This document shows positions 26,799-40,250 of a DNA stretch of 64,000 nucleotides, in pieces. Below the pieces are notes generated by a model. The model made no database searches. It was not told the DNA's origin and was given only the letters and a program-made list of their open reading frames with translations. The DNA lies in assembly GCA_964016885.1 (NCBI GenBank), contig OZ024740.1:310744001-310808000 (forward strand), in the 5' to 3' direction. The translations under genes and the position numbers were made by a program. The DNA comes from Eledone cirrhosa (Eukaryota). Each line of letters begins with the position of its first letter. Within the stretch, counting starts at the first letter, position 1.

Positions 26799-28628
26799 AA
26801 ACTATCTAATGATATTTCAACATTCAAATCTTCTAATAATAAGTTCATCTTCTCCGATAAAACTAAAAACATATATGAAGTTAACAATAATTTACACGAC
26901 CAACTATTAATAGATAATATCACCTCTAAATACCAAATAGCTAATATAAACACGTATCATAATATAAATAAAGAAGCTAAAGAATTAGCTGTTTCTTTAA
27001 AAATAGATAATAGGACAGAAAAACTTGCTAAACGTAAGACGTACATCACCCTTAAAGATCACAAACCCGACTTTATTAATCGTCCTAGTTGTAGATTAAT
27101 CAACCCTGCTAAGACTGATATTGTTCTTGCCAGCAAAAAAAATTTAAATAATATAAATACACACATTAGAAGTAAGTCTAAATTACTCCAATGGATAAAT
27201 AGCTCTTCCGTAGTACATTGGTTTAATAATATTAAAAACAAAAATAGTTCTAGATTCACCCAATTTGACATTGTAGATTTCTACCCATCTATCACTCAGA
27301 CCCTTTTTAGCGAAAGCTTTAAATTTCGCTAGAAGGTTTACTAATATCTCCGATATTGAAGAGAATGTCATCTTGCACGCTAGAAACACTCTACTCTTTA
27401 CTGATAATGACACTTTAGGTAAAAAATATCTAACCCAGAGAGCACATTCGATGTCTCAATGGGCTCTTATGACAGTGCTGATGTTTGTGATTTGGTCGGC
27501 CTATTCCTCCTACATACACTTAAAGAAAAATTTCTTAACCATATTTTGGGGCTTTATCGCGACGATGGTCTAATACTTTCCCATAGCACCATAGGCCATA
27601 ACTTAGATAGATTAAGGAAAGACTTAATAAAAACCTTCGCTAGTTTTAATCTTAAAATTACTATTGACACTAACCTTTCCAATGTAGATTTCCTAGATAT
27701 AAACCTAGATTTGCCTACTGCTTCTTATAAACCATACCATAAACCTAATGAAAACTTAAAATATATAAATAAAGTCTCTTGCCATTCTCCTATAGTTTTT
27801 AAAAACCTTATCCCTAACATTAGCCGTAGGATCTCCACCCTCTCTTCCTCAGAAGCTATTTTTAATAATGCATGCCCCTACTATAATAAAGCCCTCCAAA
27901 ATAGCGGTTTTAGCGAACCGATTAAATACATACCCAACTATACTAACTCTATTAAACAGGAAAAGAAAAATAATCTGGTTCACACACCCCTACTCTCTAG
28001 CAGTTAAAACTAATGTAGGCAAAAAATTCCTAGAGCTCCTAGATAAACATTTCCCTAGAACACATAGATACTATGAGACCTTTAACAGAAACTGTGTCAA
28101 AATTAGCTATTCCTGCGGTCCCCCTATTAAGTCCTATATCATCAAAAAAAGTCACCTAGAGAAAATCATAATTGCTCCTGTAGAATCAAAAGTGAATGCC
28201 CATTACACGGTAAATGCAACACCAAAGCCATTGTATATGCGGCTAAAGTGACAACCATCAGCAACAACCATCCAGCCACCAGTGAACGATATGTGGGTAT
28301 AACGCAAGACAAATTCAAAACGCGTTATTACTCACATCTCGCATCCTTTCGACATCCAGAAAAAAGATTTACAACAGCTCTGGCTAGCAGAATTTGGGAT
28401 TTGAAAGACCAAGGCATCCAATATAAATTGGATTGGTCAATTTTGAACCAATCTAAAGAATATGCAAGAGGAACAAGAAAATGCACGCTCTGCATAAATG
28501 AAAAATATTGGATCTTGCAAAATGTTAAATCACCAAAGACCTGCCTGAACACAAAGACGGAAATTTTCACCAGTTGCCCACACATGAAATCACACATGCT
28601 TTCCAGCTCATATACTTATCCTCCATAA
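26799..28628 (+). pseudogene. PLE reverse transcriptase + GIY-YIG endonuclease, 5' truncated and frameshifted
   Basis: ITLKDHKPDF..PSCRLINPAK, FDIVDFYPSI, MGSYDSADVCDLVG, GLYRDDGL, KISYSC, CSCRIKSECPLHGKC, IVY..YVGITQ.KFKTRY..H, CTLCINEK. Confidence 0.93.
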
Positions 28629-29767
28629 ACTCTTATTATTCTCTTTATAATTACCCTTTCTGATTTACTTTCATTTTATCCTTATTATTAATTTCATTTA
28701 TTTTTATTTTTATTTTTATTTTTATTTTTTATTTTTATATATTTTTTTATTTTTACTTCACATCCACCAATAACCCCCCCCCCCTTTATTCTCCGATTCA
28801 CTTACCTAATATCTTCACTTTCCATGTTTTACTTCCCTATTTTCTTCACTAACTGATTTTGGGGTCACTTGCGTTTTCCACTCCAGATATTTTTTTTTTT
28901 TTTTTTTTTTTTTCCCGCAGCCAATCTTATAATTTTATATTTCTACTTATCCACAAGTTTTTTACACCCTGTATCTATGTGTCTGAACGCCTTAATGTGT
29001 GTATACTTTCTATATATGTACACGAGCACCTACGTATGTGCGCGCGCGTGCGTGTATATATATATATAGAGAGAGAGAGAGATGTATGTGTATGTGTTTT
29101 TATATCCGTGTTTTTACATCTAGGTTTTTTGTTTTGTTTCTTTTTTCTTCTTCCCTTTTTGTTACATCATCATTTTTATGCGTGTGCATGCAAACAGGTC
29201 AATATGCGTGAGTGTAAGTATGTGTGTGTGTGTGTGTGTGTACGTATTGTATGTATGGATGTGTAAGTGTGCGTGTGTATATAAGCATGTATATTTTTGA
29301 GTTTCTTTTGTGAGATATACGTGTGTGTGTATGCGTGTACCTTGTTTGTCTTCTTTTCTTTAATTTTTTCTTTCTAAATTATTGTTCCATTTTTATAAAT
29401 ATATCGAGATTGATACTTTCTTTTAATTATTACACTCCCTTACCTCTTTTACTTCCGCATACAAGTGTACGTGTGTGTAGGTGTGTTTATGCGCGTGCCT
29501 TCATATTCTTATGATGTATCTATTCTGTCTGTAGTTTACAGATACACAGATACATTTGCCCTAAAATATATATTTACGCACACTTTTTCACTATACGTAT
29601 ACATTTGTGCATACACATATATGCACATCTGTGAGCGTATATACATACATATACACACACCTAACTATATTTCTTGAAAATGTTTATATATTTCATATTG
29701 TAATTCATTTGTCTATTTTTTTTTGCTTTTCTTGATGAGACTTTCCAAGTATTTACCCATGTTTTAT

Positions 29768-29845
29768 ATTGCCTCGTCTGACGAACGAATGAAGACGTTT
29801 CTTTCGTATTCGCCTCATTCGGGAAACCTCTGGTAATGAGGTAAT
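29768..29845 (+). ncRNA. Type I hammerhead ribozyme of the PLE pLTR (mirror copy 25420-25497, minus)
   Basis: ATTGCCTCGT CTGACGA a CGAATGA...TCATTCG g GAAA CC tct GG TA^ ATGAGGTAAT; 10-bp stem I. Confidence 0.85.
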
Positions 29846-29921
29846 TATAAAAACTCAGATTACAATTACTGTATGCAGCCATGTAGAGCGAAATTTTATA
29901 TGTATATATATATAGAGAGAG

Positions 29922-30000
<79 letters not shown>

Positions 30001-30812
30001 GTTTTAATTATAGACAAGAAAAGATTGTAGATGTTCCATGAATTTTCTTTACCTCTGATTATCCATCTTGAAACTTAATAGGAACGACATTTGTTTACTG
30101 TATCCCTGACTTGCATTAGCATTTGGTAAATAAAACCTACGGCAATTTCATTCTTCTCTGTTTGTTTATTTGACCTTTCGATGCCACACCTCCCATTTAA
30201 TCAAACCCACGCCTTAAAGTTCCTCATTCTACACCTGTTTCTATGGATTGTTAATCTATCCGCATACTGCATATTCCCTAAACTTAGCTATTACTATGTA
30301 TATACAAAAATGCCCATCCCACTAATACTGCTTTGACAATCCGATTGCTGTACCGACCAAAACTTCGATGTAAACAGTCGATATTTTAGTACGTGTGTGT
30401 GCGTACGTGCGTGCGCATATATACGTACACTGAAATAAAAATAATTACCAACAGGGACTGAACATAAAAGAATCAAATTCCCATTGTCACTGCCTCCGTA
30501 TCTCTCGCTCTCCCCATCCAGTAATTAAATATAACTGTGGTTATAATTGACAAATAAAACAGTCAACAGGAGCTTCAATGTTGCACAATGACAACTGGAT
30601 TTGTCCTGGCTGCAATTATTAGCATTTTCTCAAGAGCCAATTATTCTCTCCAAAGATAGAAATATTAGTTATTGTGACACATGATTCCTAAACACTGACA
30701 GTAAAATCCTTTCTATACAAGTGCATCGAATAAACTTTTGCATTAGTGTTGTACACATACTTGTGTGTGCGTGTGTGGGGGGGCGTGTGTGTGTGTGTGT
30801 GTGCGTGTGCGT

Positions 30813-30856
<44 letters not shown>

Positions 30857-31879
30857 TGATACATGTGTTAGAACGTGTTGGTGCAGACAGTTTTTATTCA
30901 TTTTTAACATGGAAGTATTGCAACTGCATACACAATAAGGTACTCTACTATACTGAATTTAATTGCAAAATTCTCTCCAATACCTTGAGGCTGTCGTACC
31001 ATACTATGTCGTATACATATGCTTCCGTGAATATTCTTTACAACCATAACAGCTACAAACTAGATATTGAAAATACAAATTCATTCTTTTATATTGAATA
31101 TTTTCGAATACGAATAATTGGAATAGAAAAAGCTTCATAATGATTGTAATATTAGTCTATATTACATTGGAAACATTAAAGGTTAGTGTGGCCTTCGGGG
31201 ATTGAAGTTCATAATCTACATTTCAGCATGAAATATCGAGTTAGAATATCGATATTTCCAGTAAAGGTGAATTGCATAAGAGAGTATTATTGTTTTGACA
31301 TGACTATGAAATATTAGATTAGAAGAATTCTGTTGGCAGTGACATTTACATCGAACAAGAGCCTGTTGTAGAATCAAATATTTATAGTGAAATATCAAAT
31401 AAACCATTGATATCCATACTTGCATATGTTTTTTTCCTCTAAGTCAAACGTAAGAAAGCAAAAACTATAGAGAAGATATAAAGAAGGATATAAATTGTAT
31501 AGTAATTGTTAACATTGTTGGTAAGAATTTTTGAAATTCAATCATAAGGAAGTAAGTATATATTTAGAAATACCTAAGCCTTTAATTACAAGCTTTTTGA
31601 AGTGACAACTGTTCATACAACTGTACGTATACACAGATGCTCTCGCAGAGACGCATATACACCTACAAAATACACATTTACTATACCGCCGGTTTGACTC
31701 ACATCATGCAAGTGAAGTTGGATTGACGGAAACTGTACAGTTGCGGGTTGGATACACTGCACTTGTATTTCAAAAATTTCTTTGATGGAGCACGAATATG
31801 TTGAATACACAACCACTCGCAATATAATATCATCAGTTGACTGCTTTGCGTGCCTAAACGTTAGAACAGTCATCTGTTC

Positions 31880-31922
<43 letters not shown>

Positions 31923-32024
31923 CGTGTGTGGTATAAAAACGTTGAGGGTTGGTGAAATAAATCACTACCACTACTGGAATTGAATAATCAAAACCGTAGC
32001 GGTATGTCGCATATCTAATCTCTC

Positions 32025-32077
32025 ATATATTTTATCTGATGAAAATGTACCTTTGAAATATGTATAATAAAATATAT
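32025..32077 (+). ncRNA. Minimal type I hammerhead ribozyme
   Basis: ATATATTTTAT CTGATGA AAA tgtacc TTT GAAA TATGTA TA^ ATAAAATATAT; perfect 11-bp stem I; same family as the HHRs at 54705 and 61108. Confidence 0.75.
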
Positions 32078-32133
32078 ATTTTCGTTATGAGAATATTTTT
32101 CATTTATTAATATTTCGAATAATATTATATATA

Positions 32134-32372
32134 TGTATAAGCATAAAGAAATGCTCAAGGGCAAAAATCTTATAAAGATAGCTTAAAAAGTAGGCTGAAG
32201 ATCCGTGAAAGACGGGAAAAGAAGTTGCCATCGGCCACTGTAAAGAAATGAAACCCATATCCCCCAGATAGTGGCCGATGGCAACTTGTTTTTCTGTCTT
32301 TTAAGGGTATTCACCCTATGTTATAAGCTATCTTTATAAGATTCTGCACTTGAGCACTTTCTTTATACTCAT
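32134..32372. repeat. Imperfect inverted repeat related to dispersed copies at ~49110-49300, ~49440-49590 and ~56300-56420
   Basis: Arms 32134-32240 and 32270-32372; shared AGCTTA.AAA..CGGGTAAAGAC.CTTA..GACGGGAAAA.GTTGC motif. Confidence 0.65.
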
Positions 32373-32599
32373 ATATATATATATATATAAAGTGACAATA
32401 AGAATTGCAGCTTTTTGTAAACTTATTTCATATTACAATTGTAATATGAAATAACGTTTATATACACTTTATATACACTCTATAAACTACGGTCGCCTTA
32501 AACCTGGAGCACATCCCAACGAGAGACGGACCCAGTAACAGCATCGAGTGCTTCGACCAGCGTCGCCGCTAGTAACTACAGGTTACTCACATAATAACC

Positions 32600-32630
<31 letters not shown>

Positions 32631-32918
32631 AAATAACGAAAGGAAATTAAATTTCGTTTCGTTTGTAACTCACTTTTGTATGACTGACGCTTAAACAGTT
32701 AAGTTAAAAATGTACATCTACATATGCATACTGAAATACTAGTGTGTATATGAATACACACACGTATACATATGTAGGTGTACCAAGTCTTTCACTGGTC
32801 GCTTTACAGTGAGCGGCCCAGCTATTCTGTATGTAAACACACAGACAAACCGGTTTTTAGAGTCATACTGGGTTTCGGGGGAACACCTTCCCTCTATTCT
32901 CCAGAAAGCCAGACAAGG

Positions 32919-32963
32919 AATATTAAACTAGTTTCGTTGTTGTTACAACTCATCAGCAATATT
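32919..32963 (-). ncRNA. Minimal type I HHR, unit 1
   Basis: AATATTG CTGATGA GTTG taacaa CAAC GAAA C TA G TT^ TAATATT. Confidence 0.85.
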
Positions 32964-33385
32964 TACCTATCTACCGGCCTTTCTGGAGAATTGTAAAAGC
33001 ACATATCGTTATATGCTTTTTCTATGAAAATTAGTAGTGGGCAGACTAATTTGCATAGAGTGTGAGTACGCACCGGTTCAGCGGAGACGATAAAAACAAA
33101 TAACGAAACGAAATTAAATTTCGTTTCGTTTGTAACTCACTTTTGTATGACTGACGCTTAAACAATTAAGTTAAAAATGTACATCTACATATGCATACTG
33201 AAATACTAGTGTGTATATGAATACACACACGTATACATATGTAGGTGTACCAAGTCTTTCACTGGTCGCTTTACAGTGAGCGGCCCAGCTATTCTGTATG
33301 TAAACACACAGACAAACCGGTTTTTAGAGTCATACTGGGTTTAGGGGGAACACCTTCCCTCTATTCTCCAGAAAGCCAGACAAGG

Positions 33386-33430
33386 AATATTGAACTAGTT
33401 TCGTTGTTGTTACAACTCATCAGCAATATT
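33386..33430 (-). ncRNA. Minimal type I HHR, unit 2
   Basis: AATATTG CTGATGA GTTG taacaa CAAC GAAA CTAG TT^ CAATATT. Confidence 0.88.
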
Positions 33431-33852
33431 TACCTATCTACCGGCCTTTCTGGAGAATTGTAAAAGCACATATCGTTATATGCTTTTTCTATGAAAATTA
33501 TTAGTGGGCAGACTAATTTGCATAGAGTGTGAGTACGCACCGGTTCAGCGGAGACGATAAAAACAAATAACGAAACGAAATTAAATTTCGTTTCGTTTGT
33601 AACTCACTTTTGTATGACTGACGCTTAAACAATTAAGTTAAAAATGTACATCTACATATGCATACTGAAATACTAGTGTGTATATGAATACACACACGTA
33701 TACATATGTAGGTGTACCAAGTCTTTCACTGGTCGCTTTACAGTGAGCGGCCCAGCTATTCTGTATGTAAACACACAGACAAACCGGTTTTTAGAGTCAT
33801 ACTGGGTTTCGGGGGAACACCTTCCCTCTATTCTTCAGAAAGCCAGACAAGG

Positions 33853-33897
33853 AATATTGAACTAGTTTCGTTGTTGTTACAACTCATCAGCAATATT
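33853..33897 (-). ncRNA. Minimal type I HHR, unit 3
   Basis: Same sequence as unit 2. Confidence 0.88.
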
Positions 33898-34267
33898 TAC
33901 CTATCTACCGGCCTTTCTGGAGAATTGTAAAAGCACATATCGTTATATGCTTTTTCTATGAAAATTAGTAGTGGGCAGACTAATTTGCATAGAGTGTGAG
34001 TACGCACCGGTTCAGCGCACACTAGTATTTCAGTATGCATATGTAGATGTACATTTTTAACTTAATTGTTTAAGCGTCAGTCATACAAAAGTGAGTTACA
34101 AACGAAACGAAATTTAATTTCGTTTCGTTATTTGTTTTTATCGTCTCCGCTGAACCGGTGCGTACTCACACTCTATGCAAATTAGTCTGCCCACTACTAA
34201 TTTTCATAGAAAAAGCATATAACGATATGTGCTTTTACAATTCTCCAGAAAGGCCGGTAGATAGGTA

Positions 34268-34312
34268 AATATTGCTGATGAGTTGTAACAACAACGAAAC
34301 TAGTTCAATATT
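34268..34312 (+). ncRNA. Minimal type I HHR, inverted unit
   Basis: Same sequence as unit 2, on the plus strand. Confidence 0.88.
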
Positions 34313-34528
34313 CCTTGTCTGGCTTTCTGGAGAATAGAGGGAAGGTGTTCCCCCGAAACCCAGTATGACTCTAAAAACCGGTTTGTCTGTGTGTTTACAT
34401 ACAGAATAGCTGGGCCGCTCACTGTAAAGCGACCAGTGAAAGACTTGGTACACCTACATATGTATACGTGTGTGTATTCATATACACACTAGTATTTCAG
34501 TATGCATATGTAGATGTACATTTTTAAC

Positions 34529-34574
<46 letters not shown>

Positions 34575-35039
34575 GTGCGTGTGCGTGTATGTATGTATGT
34601 ATATTGCTATTGCCAATATATACGACGAAGGCTAGATAAAGTAATCGATTCTGCTCTCGACACTGTTCCCGGAACCGGTGGAGTGAAAATATGTTTATGC
34701 TGTTACTCTTGGTAAGAAAAGCTTATTGCAAGTTAGGATATTCTATGTTTGAAAGATATTGATACTTATGCACAACTATCCTAGTCTTGACAACTATTTC
34801 AAGGAACCTTATGTCAATCTAATTATTCTTGTACAACTTCATTATTTTGGCATCCAGCACATTCTATGTATAGAATTTCAGATTCATCTGGTCGTTAATT
34901 GTCCAAACATGACTGCCTTGCCAATTTTGAAAATCTCATGTGTGATTGAATATTTCTCGGGCATTTGCCTGTTGGCATCCTTTCGATAACATTGATAAAT
35001 TAATCTTTGGAGCTAAATAAACTAGTTTGGAAATGACTA

Positions 35040-36330
35040 GTACTCGAACGAGATTCATGCTTTGTTCTTGTGTGAAATTCAGGTTGACACTCCATTTTCC
35101 ATGCCATCATCTCTTCAGATTTATCTGTGCTTATTATTCCAGATTACAGCTTTTATGTTTTTCCTCATGCTTGAACCGATTGCGCTTTGAGAAACTTCTC
35201 TGGTTAGAAACTGAACTAAGTTCAGACACATAGTTCTTACCACCTAGTCACCAAACTGTCTTGAGGTCGTGTCGATTAAAGGGTCCAATGGAAGCCAGTA
35301 GCTGTCACCAGGATACTATATTATGTAGTTGGGTGCTAGCGTAAATATTCTTAACGCATCGGTTGGGATATGAGTAAGATTCTAGGAGGGGCTTACCGGA
35401 AATGGACCAAACTTCGTTAGCGCTCCTCAGTTTTCTTATATAATCAAGGTTATTGTTCTTCTCAGAACTGTTTAAAGGGATCTTTAACGTTAAAGGAAGA
35501 GTTTTGTGTAATGACACTCAAAACGAAGTTAGTTTGATGACTCTATCAGAGGGATAGAACAATCATACTTTATGTACGCGAGTTCCCAATTTCTACAGCG
35601 TGGAGAAGTAGATTCTATTGTCAGTAAAGAAAAACTGTGTTCAAGAGAGTCATGTTCCAATTTGCCTTCATAAATTAGCAAATAGTCTACTTATCTTAAC
35701 ATCTTTGAATCTGCGAAGTGAGTCACCCTTCGAGCAGTAATTTATACTTCCCAGTAGTGAAGCTTGTTGTTTATGATGACCTCTTTTTGAATATCATTGA
35801 AGGCATGAATATCGTTTGATTAGCTATTTGTTACTCTACGATATTGTTGGCATGAAACACGGAATAACTGCATTTATTGATGTGTTGGATTTGTATTTGT
35901 TCACCTATCAAAGTGTATCTTATTCTCCATACATCCATTGAAGCACATGAGCAATGGTAGTGCAACATTTTACTGGCTGTGAACTGCTTAGCATGAGGCA
36001 ATCAATGACATATTAATGTAGTTAATTAGCCTCTTCTACCGTCGGAAACAACTTCTAGTATCTAAAGATTGCACTCTCTGTCTTATATCAGTGGTGTAAT
36101 TTTAGCTGTTGTTTTTTCACCAGAGTGTTACTCAGTGCAAAGCTATAGAGAAGCTAGATCACATCTGCGTAGGAACCATCAGTAATATCAAAAGGAATGT
36201 TTGGTATCAGGCTGAATGCAGAGACTTCCACAATAGTGTACAGAACAACACTATTCCCTCTAATTTAGACTTATTCAAAGTAACCACAACCAAAAAACAG
36301 TGAGACTCTTTATCAGATAGCTGGCATCTA
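35040..36330 (-). mobile_element. Possible highly decayed RTE-like LINE fragments
   Basis: Weak minus-strand motifs (NIYAS; LRRFKDV near 35700); no intact ORF. Confidence 0.3.
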
Positions 36331-38447
36331 GTGTATCTTTACACTTCTTCTAACTCTTTACAATTTTGAGATAACAAACCGTTCATTCCCCGCGTAGCAC
36401 CACAAAATGATATTATCTGACTTGTTGCTGGAAAGGCTATATACTTGAATGAAAATATTACATATACAACACTCCCTTTCACGTTCCTTCTAGCCAGTGT
36501 AGAAAAGCTGAACAAGCGAAGGTAAGGTGAACACTGTCTCAATGATACAATAGACGTATAACCGTATTACAACAAATTTGACACACATATGCACACACAC
36601 TGTCACACACACATATATAGATTTATGTGAGTGTGTGTGTGTACTTGTAAGTGTGTATATGCGTGCACGTGTGTGTAACTTTTATTCTGCTAACGTCTTT
36701 ATTCATATTCCTAACACAAGTTTCATTCATTTGAGAGGTTTTGTATGGAAAAAGCAAAACAAATGACAGTAGCCAAACAGAATTTGAATTAAATCTATTC
36801 TATAATTCCCTAGTGATAAAAACATTTGAGAAATAGACGATAAACGTTACCAACTATGCTGGGGCGAAAGTAATATTCAGATATATTGTAGCAAAAAGTA
36901 CGAAATAAATAGAATAATCAAGTCCTGCCTTATCTGAGATGCAGCGATACCATCTCAAAATTTAAAACTAACGAGATAACGCTGCACAAGTAAACGTTCC
37001 GCTCAATAAAGTAATTGCTGCATCAAATGCACAAGTAGAAGCTAATGTTTTCAATAGAAAAACAAAATTACTGCAGCGTGTCTTTGGACCGGTAAATGTT
37101 TACGAGGATAACCTTTTCCAGGTCACAAGATTTCAAAACAACTAAACGAAATTAACAAAGAGGTGTATCATCGCTATATACCGTGCGTCCAACAATATAG
37201 GATTTATGTGTTTGACAAGAGATCGACATATTTTACAATTACCATAGATGTAGAACGAACCTTAACTAATGTAAAGGAAAATAGAAAAATCTGTGGAAAC
37301 AGCTTCCATTAATAACACCCCCAATATGTCAAGTAAAACCATAAAAAATCCATTACTCTTATGCAGAACAAAATAAAGAAAGAAAAATACTAGTAAATAG
37401 ACTGCGATTTTACATAGAAATCCACAGAAAATGAATTAGAATAATAAGACAGATTTATTAATAGAAAATACATGTATACAATCTAAGATACAGCAGAGTC
37501 TAAGAGTGCCTGAAGATTAGTCTTTAAGAGAAGTTATCAAGTTGAGAAAATACTGTGACTTATACATAGTGAGGTCTACTTGCATAATTATGATACTTAT
37601 GTAGGAGTTTCTAATGTATTGGACACGGTATACAAAAACATTTTAATGGGTTACCCTCTTTCGAGGACAGGTGTTGTCAGTGATATAGGTGTTAGTAAGC
37701 GCTCCTTTATTCTAATTAATTTGATTTCTAAAATAGAGGAAATTTTCTCAGTTCGCCTGTAGCTCCACTATATGTATATATACACGATGCTAATTCCATT
37801 CTATTTGATAAGCTTCGTTCCACGATTATCTTTGACTCCCAGGGGACTAATTTTGTTTATTCTAGTTCGATTTATTTATTGTTTGCTATTCCATCTTCGT
37901 TTTCTCTACAAAAACACCCTGGAAGGGTGCTTCTGGCATGATCATTTTTTTTCAATTTGAATCAACGCCAGCATATCTTCCCTGTAAATTGGTCAGGCCT
38001 AACTTACCTCCCCTTTGATGTGACGTCAAGTGACTGGGAAAGTTTGAGGTTTACTACAACATCACTTGTATCCACCAACCTAGTGTATCCATACAGAACT
38101 TTTCATGTCCAGGGAGGCGTACCCCCGCTGAGGAAGCGGTTCTTCCTTAATTCCCTAATTTATACTAGCATTACCTAATTTCTACATATGGTAGATCCAT
38201 TCCGACCACCGCCGTCAGATAGGAATCGCAGAAACTGATGCAACAGTCCGGGTAACTTAAATTTGCTACCTACACGAAGTCGTATTCTTCACTGATTAAC
38301 GTTTAAGTGTACACTCCAATCGATTGGGTTCGAATATTAATAATTCGGACTTCATTGAATTATTGAGTGAGTGAGGAAACGACTGAAGCTGTGTCAATTC
38401 TATTTGATAAGCTTCCTTCCGCAATTATGTACACACACACACACCCA

Positions 38448-38480
<33 letters not shown>

Positions 38481-38492
38481 CACACACACACC

Positions 38493-38530
<38 letters not shown>

Positions 38531-38594
38531 TATACTCTATTACGTGTTCCAGCGAACAGGCAGATGTCATGCTGGGGCACCGCCATTATATATG

Positions 38595-38680
38595 AGGTTA
38601 ACTTTGCCTTTCATCCTTACGGGGTCGATAAAATAATGCAGCAGTAATTCACTGGGATAATTGCTGATGTTGTGGCAACA
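38595..38680 (+). mobile_element. 5'-truncated SINE copy
   Basis: GAGGTTAACTTTGCCTTTCATCCTTACGGGGTCGATAAAATAA. Confidence 0.75.
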
Positions 38681-39109
38681 ATAAAAAAAATTATATATAT
38701 TTGGGAGCGGCAATCACATTTAAAATGGGCCAAAATAGAACCAAACAATTCTGATCATCAGACAGCAGTTCTCGCACATTCGTTGGTTTTCAGTTTGTAA
38801 TAGTTTCTAAACTATGACAAAATACCTCAATAACTTGTCTTCCAGACTTCTTGTTTTCTGCTGATTATCTACTCTTCGTTCAACTACATTTGCCTACAAC
38901 AACCTTTCGTTCTTTTGCATATAACCTACCTTTACTTCCGAAAATCAACTTAGATCCAAGAACTGATAGCTGATATCATGAATATTTTGTTTATATGCCC
39001 TCCTATCAATTTGGTTAGTTGCATTAAATTAACAATACAGTGTTGTTATCTCTGAATATTTAGCTTGTTATATACATACATGTGTATATATATATATATA
39101 TACATGTAT

Positions 39110-40166
39110 TGAGTGAGTGTACAACCCTCATCTCCAGGAGCACCAAGAGTGAGTACTCCCTTCCTCTCTTCCTCTTTTTCCTCAACCTACAGGCTTATAT
39201 AGAGAGAAGGCCCAACCACTGGGGCCATCTTTGCCACATTAACCCACCTTTTATAAAATTTGCTGGGGTATAGCACCTCTCTCTCCATCCTGATTCTTCT
39301 TCCAAAATGATATTTGTAAAAACAAATCAGTTGCTCGCCGGAGAGAAAGGTGTCTGACCTCAGCCCTTTTAACCTCCCTCGTCCACCATAAAACCTCTTT
39401 CACCATAGCCATAACACATAGGAAAACCGCCTCCCCCTCGTTTTTGAAGGAGGGTGTTGGTTTGATCATGACAATGAACTCAGTGGTCAACTGGATTGGT
39501 CCCACCCGCGACAATAGTCGTTCTACATAGCCCCACAGGTCAGTAACGCCCGGACAGTGTACAAATGCGTGTGCGGCGGTTTCCTCGTCGCGCACGCATC
39601 TCGGACAGATCTTTTTCGAAGGGTCCCTACCCGGGCACCCGTGTCTGTAGAGCTTGTATCTAACTGGTAGAGCTCCTCGGTAGCACTGCCAGGCCAGGGA
39701 CTTTTGGAAGTTGTCCATTGTTCCCGGGCGGAAGGTCCTACCGAACAGACTGGCCAGTTCGTCCTCCTCTACGCCTAGAGTTTCTCCGAGCGTGTCGTCG
39801 CACTTGCTGCGGACCAACCCTCTATAGAATGTCGAAGTAGAGTCTCCACTGACCGCCGGGTCCGTTTGCCAGAGGACTGTGAGCGCCTGAGCACATTCGA
39901 TGTGCCAGTCGCCCATTTTCCTCGGTCTTTGCTTGACTCAGGACTGCAGCTCGGTCAGCGAGACGAGTCGTGGGAAGGCTCACCTCACGAACGGGGCCCA
40001 CACCGGTTGTCTGGTGAGGAATACGTGGAGGCAGCCTCAGTACGTGTTTGCGCATCGTCAGCCACGGCATCCTCAGCCCTCCATTTGAAGGGTGTTGGCA
40101 GCAGATGGATCTTCTCACCAAAGGAGCCCGTTTCTTCCAAAGGAATTGGAAGAGCGCGCGCTCCAT

Positions 40167-40167
<1 letters not shown>
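39110..40167 (-). mobile_element. 5'-truncated Tx1-like LINE (ORF2 C-terminus), diverged relative of the first element
   Basis: FRPGTMDNFQKSLAWQCYRGALPV, CPRC..DEET..HAFVHC and GGL.MPWL match 4790-5700; 5' end abuts (GATA)n at 40167-40248. Confidence 0.88.

Positions 40168-40250
<83 letters not shown>

Larger units (their letters stand above)
25318..29849. mobile_element. Naiad-type Penelope-like element with long inverted pseudo-LTRs
   Basis: Arm 25416-26638 is the reverse complement of 28738-29849; inner inversion 26638-26743 / 26799-26903; RT-GIY-YIG ORF between; HHR in each arm; tail 25318-25415. Confidence 0.92.
32627..34534. repeat. 467-bp tandem array (3 units) plus ~1.1 inverted unit, between (TA)n tracts; retrozyme-like
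   Basis: Unit starts 32627, 33094, 33561; inversion junction at 34017/34018; units nearly identical. Confidence 0.95.

Noticed and set aside
26799-28628. Selenoprotein (UGA-recoded) Naiad
   Set aside because: The Cys positions I could read (PSCR, SYSC, CSC..CP...C, CTLC) use TGT/TGC, and the ORF breaks are frameshifts rather than in-frame UGA.
32190-32230. HHR-like CTGAAGA-CCGT/ACGG-GAAA
   Set aside because: Stems I and III do not pair and the related copies lack the CTGA core.
32627-34017. CRISPR-like array
   Set aside because: Whole 467-bp units repeat with no unique spacers, in a eukaryotic context with no cas genes.
32778-34453. Repeated 72-aa ORF as a small-protein gene family
   Set aside because: GTG start, no recognisable domain, antisense to the HHR; a by-product of the tandem repeat.
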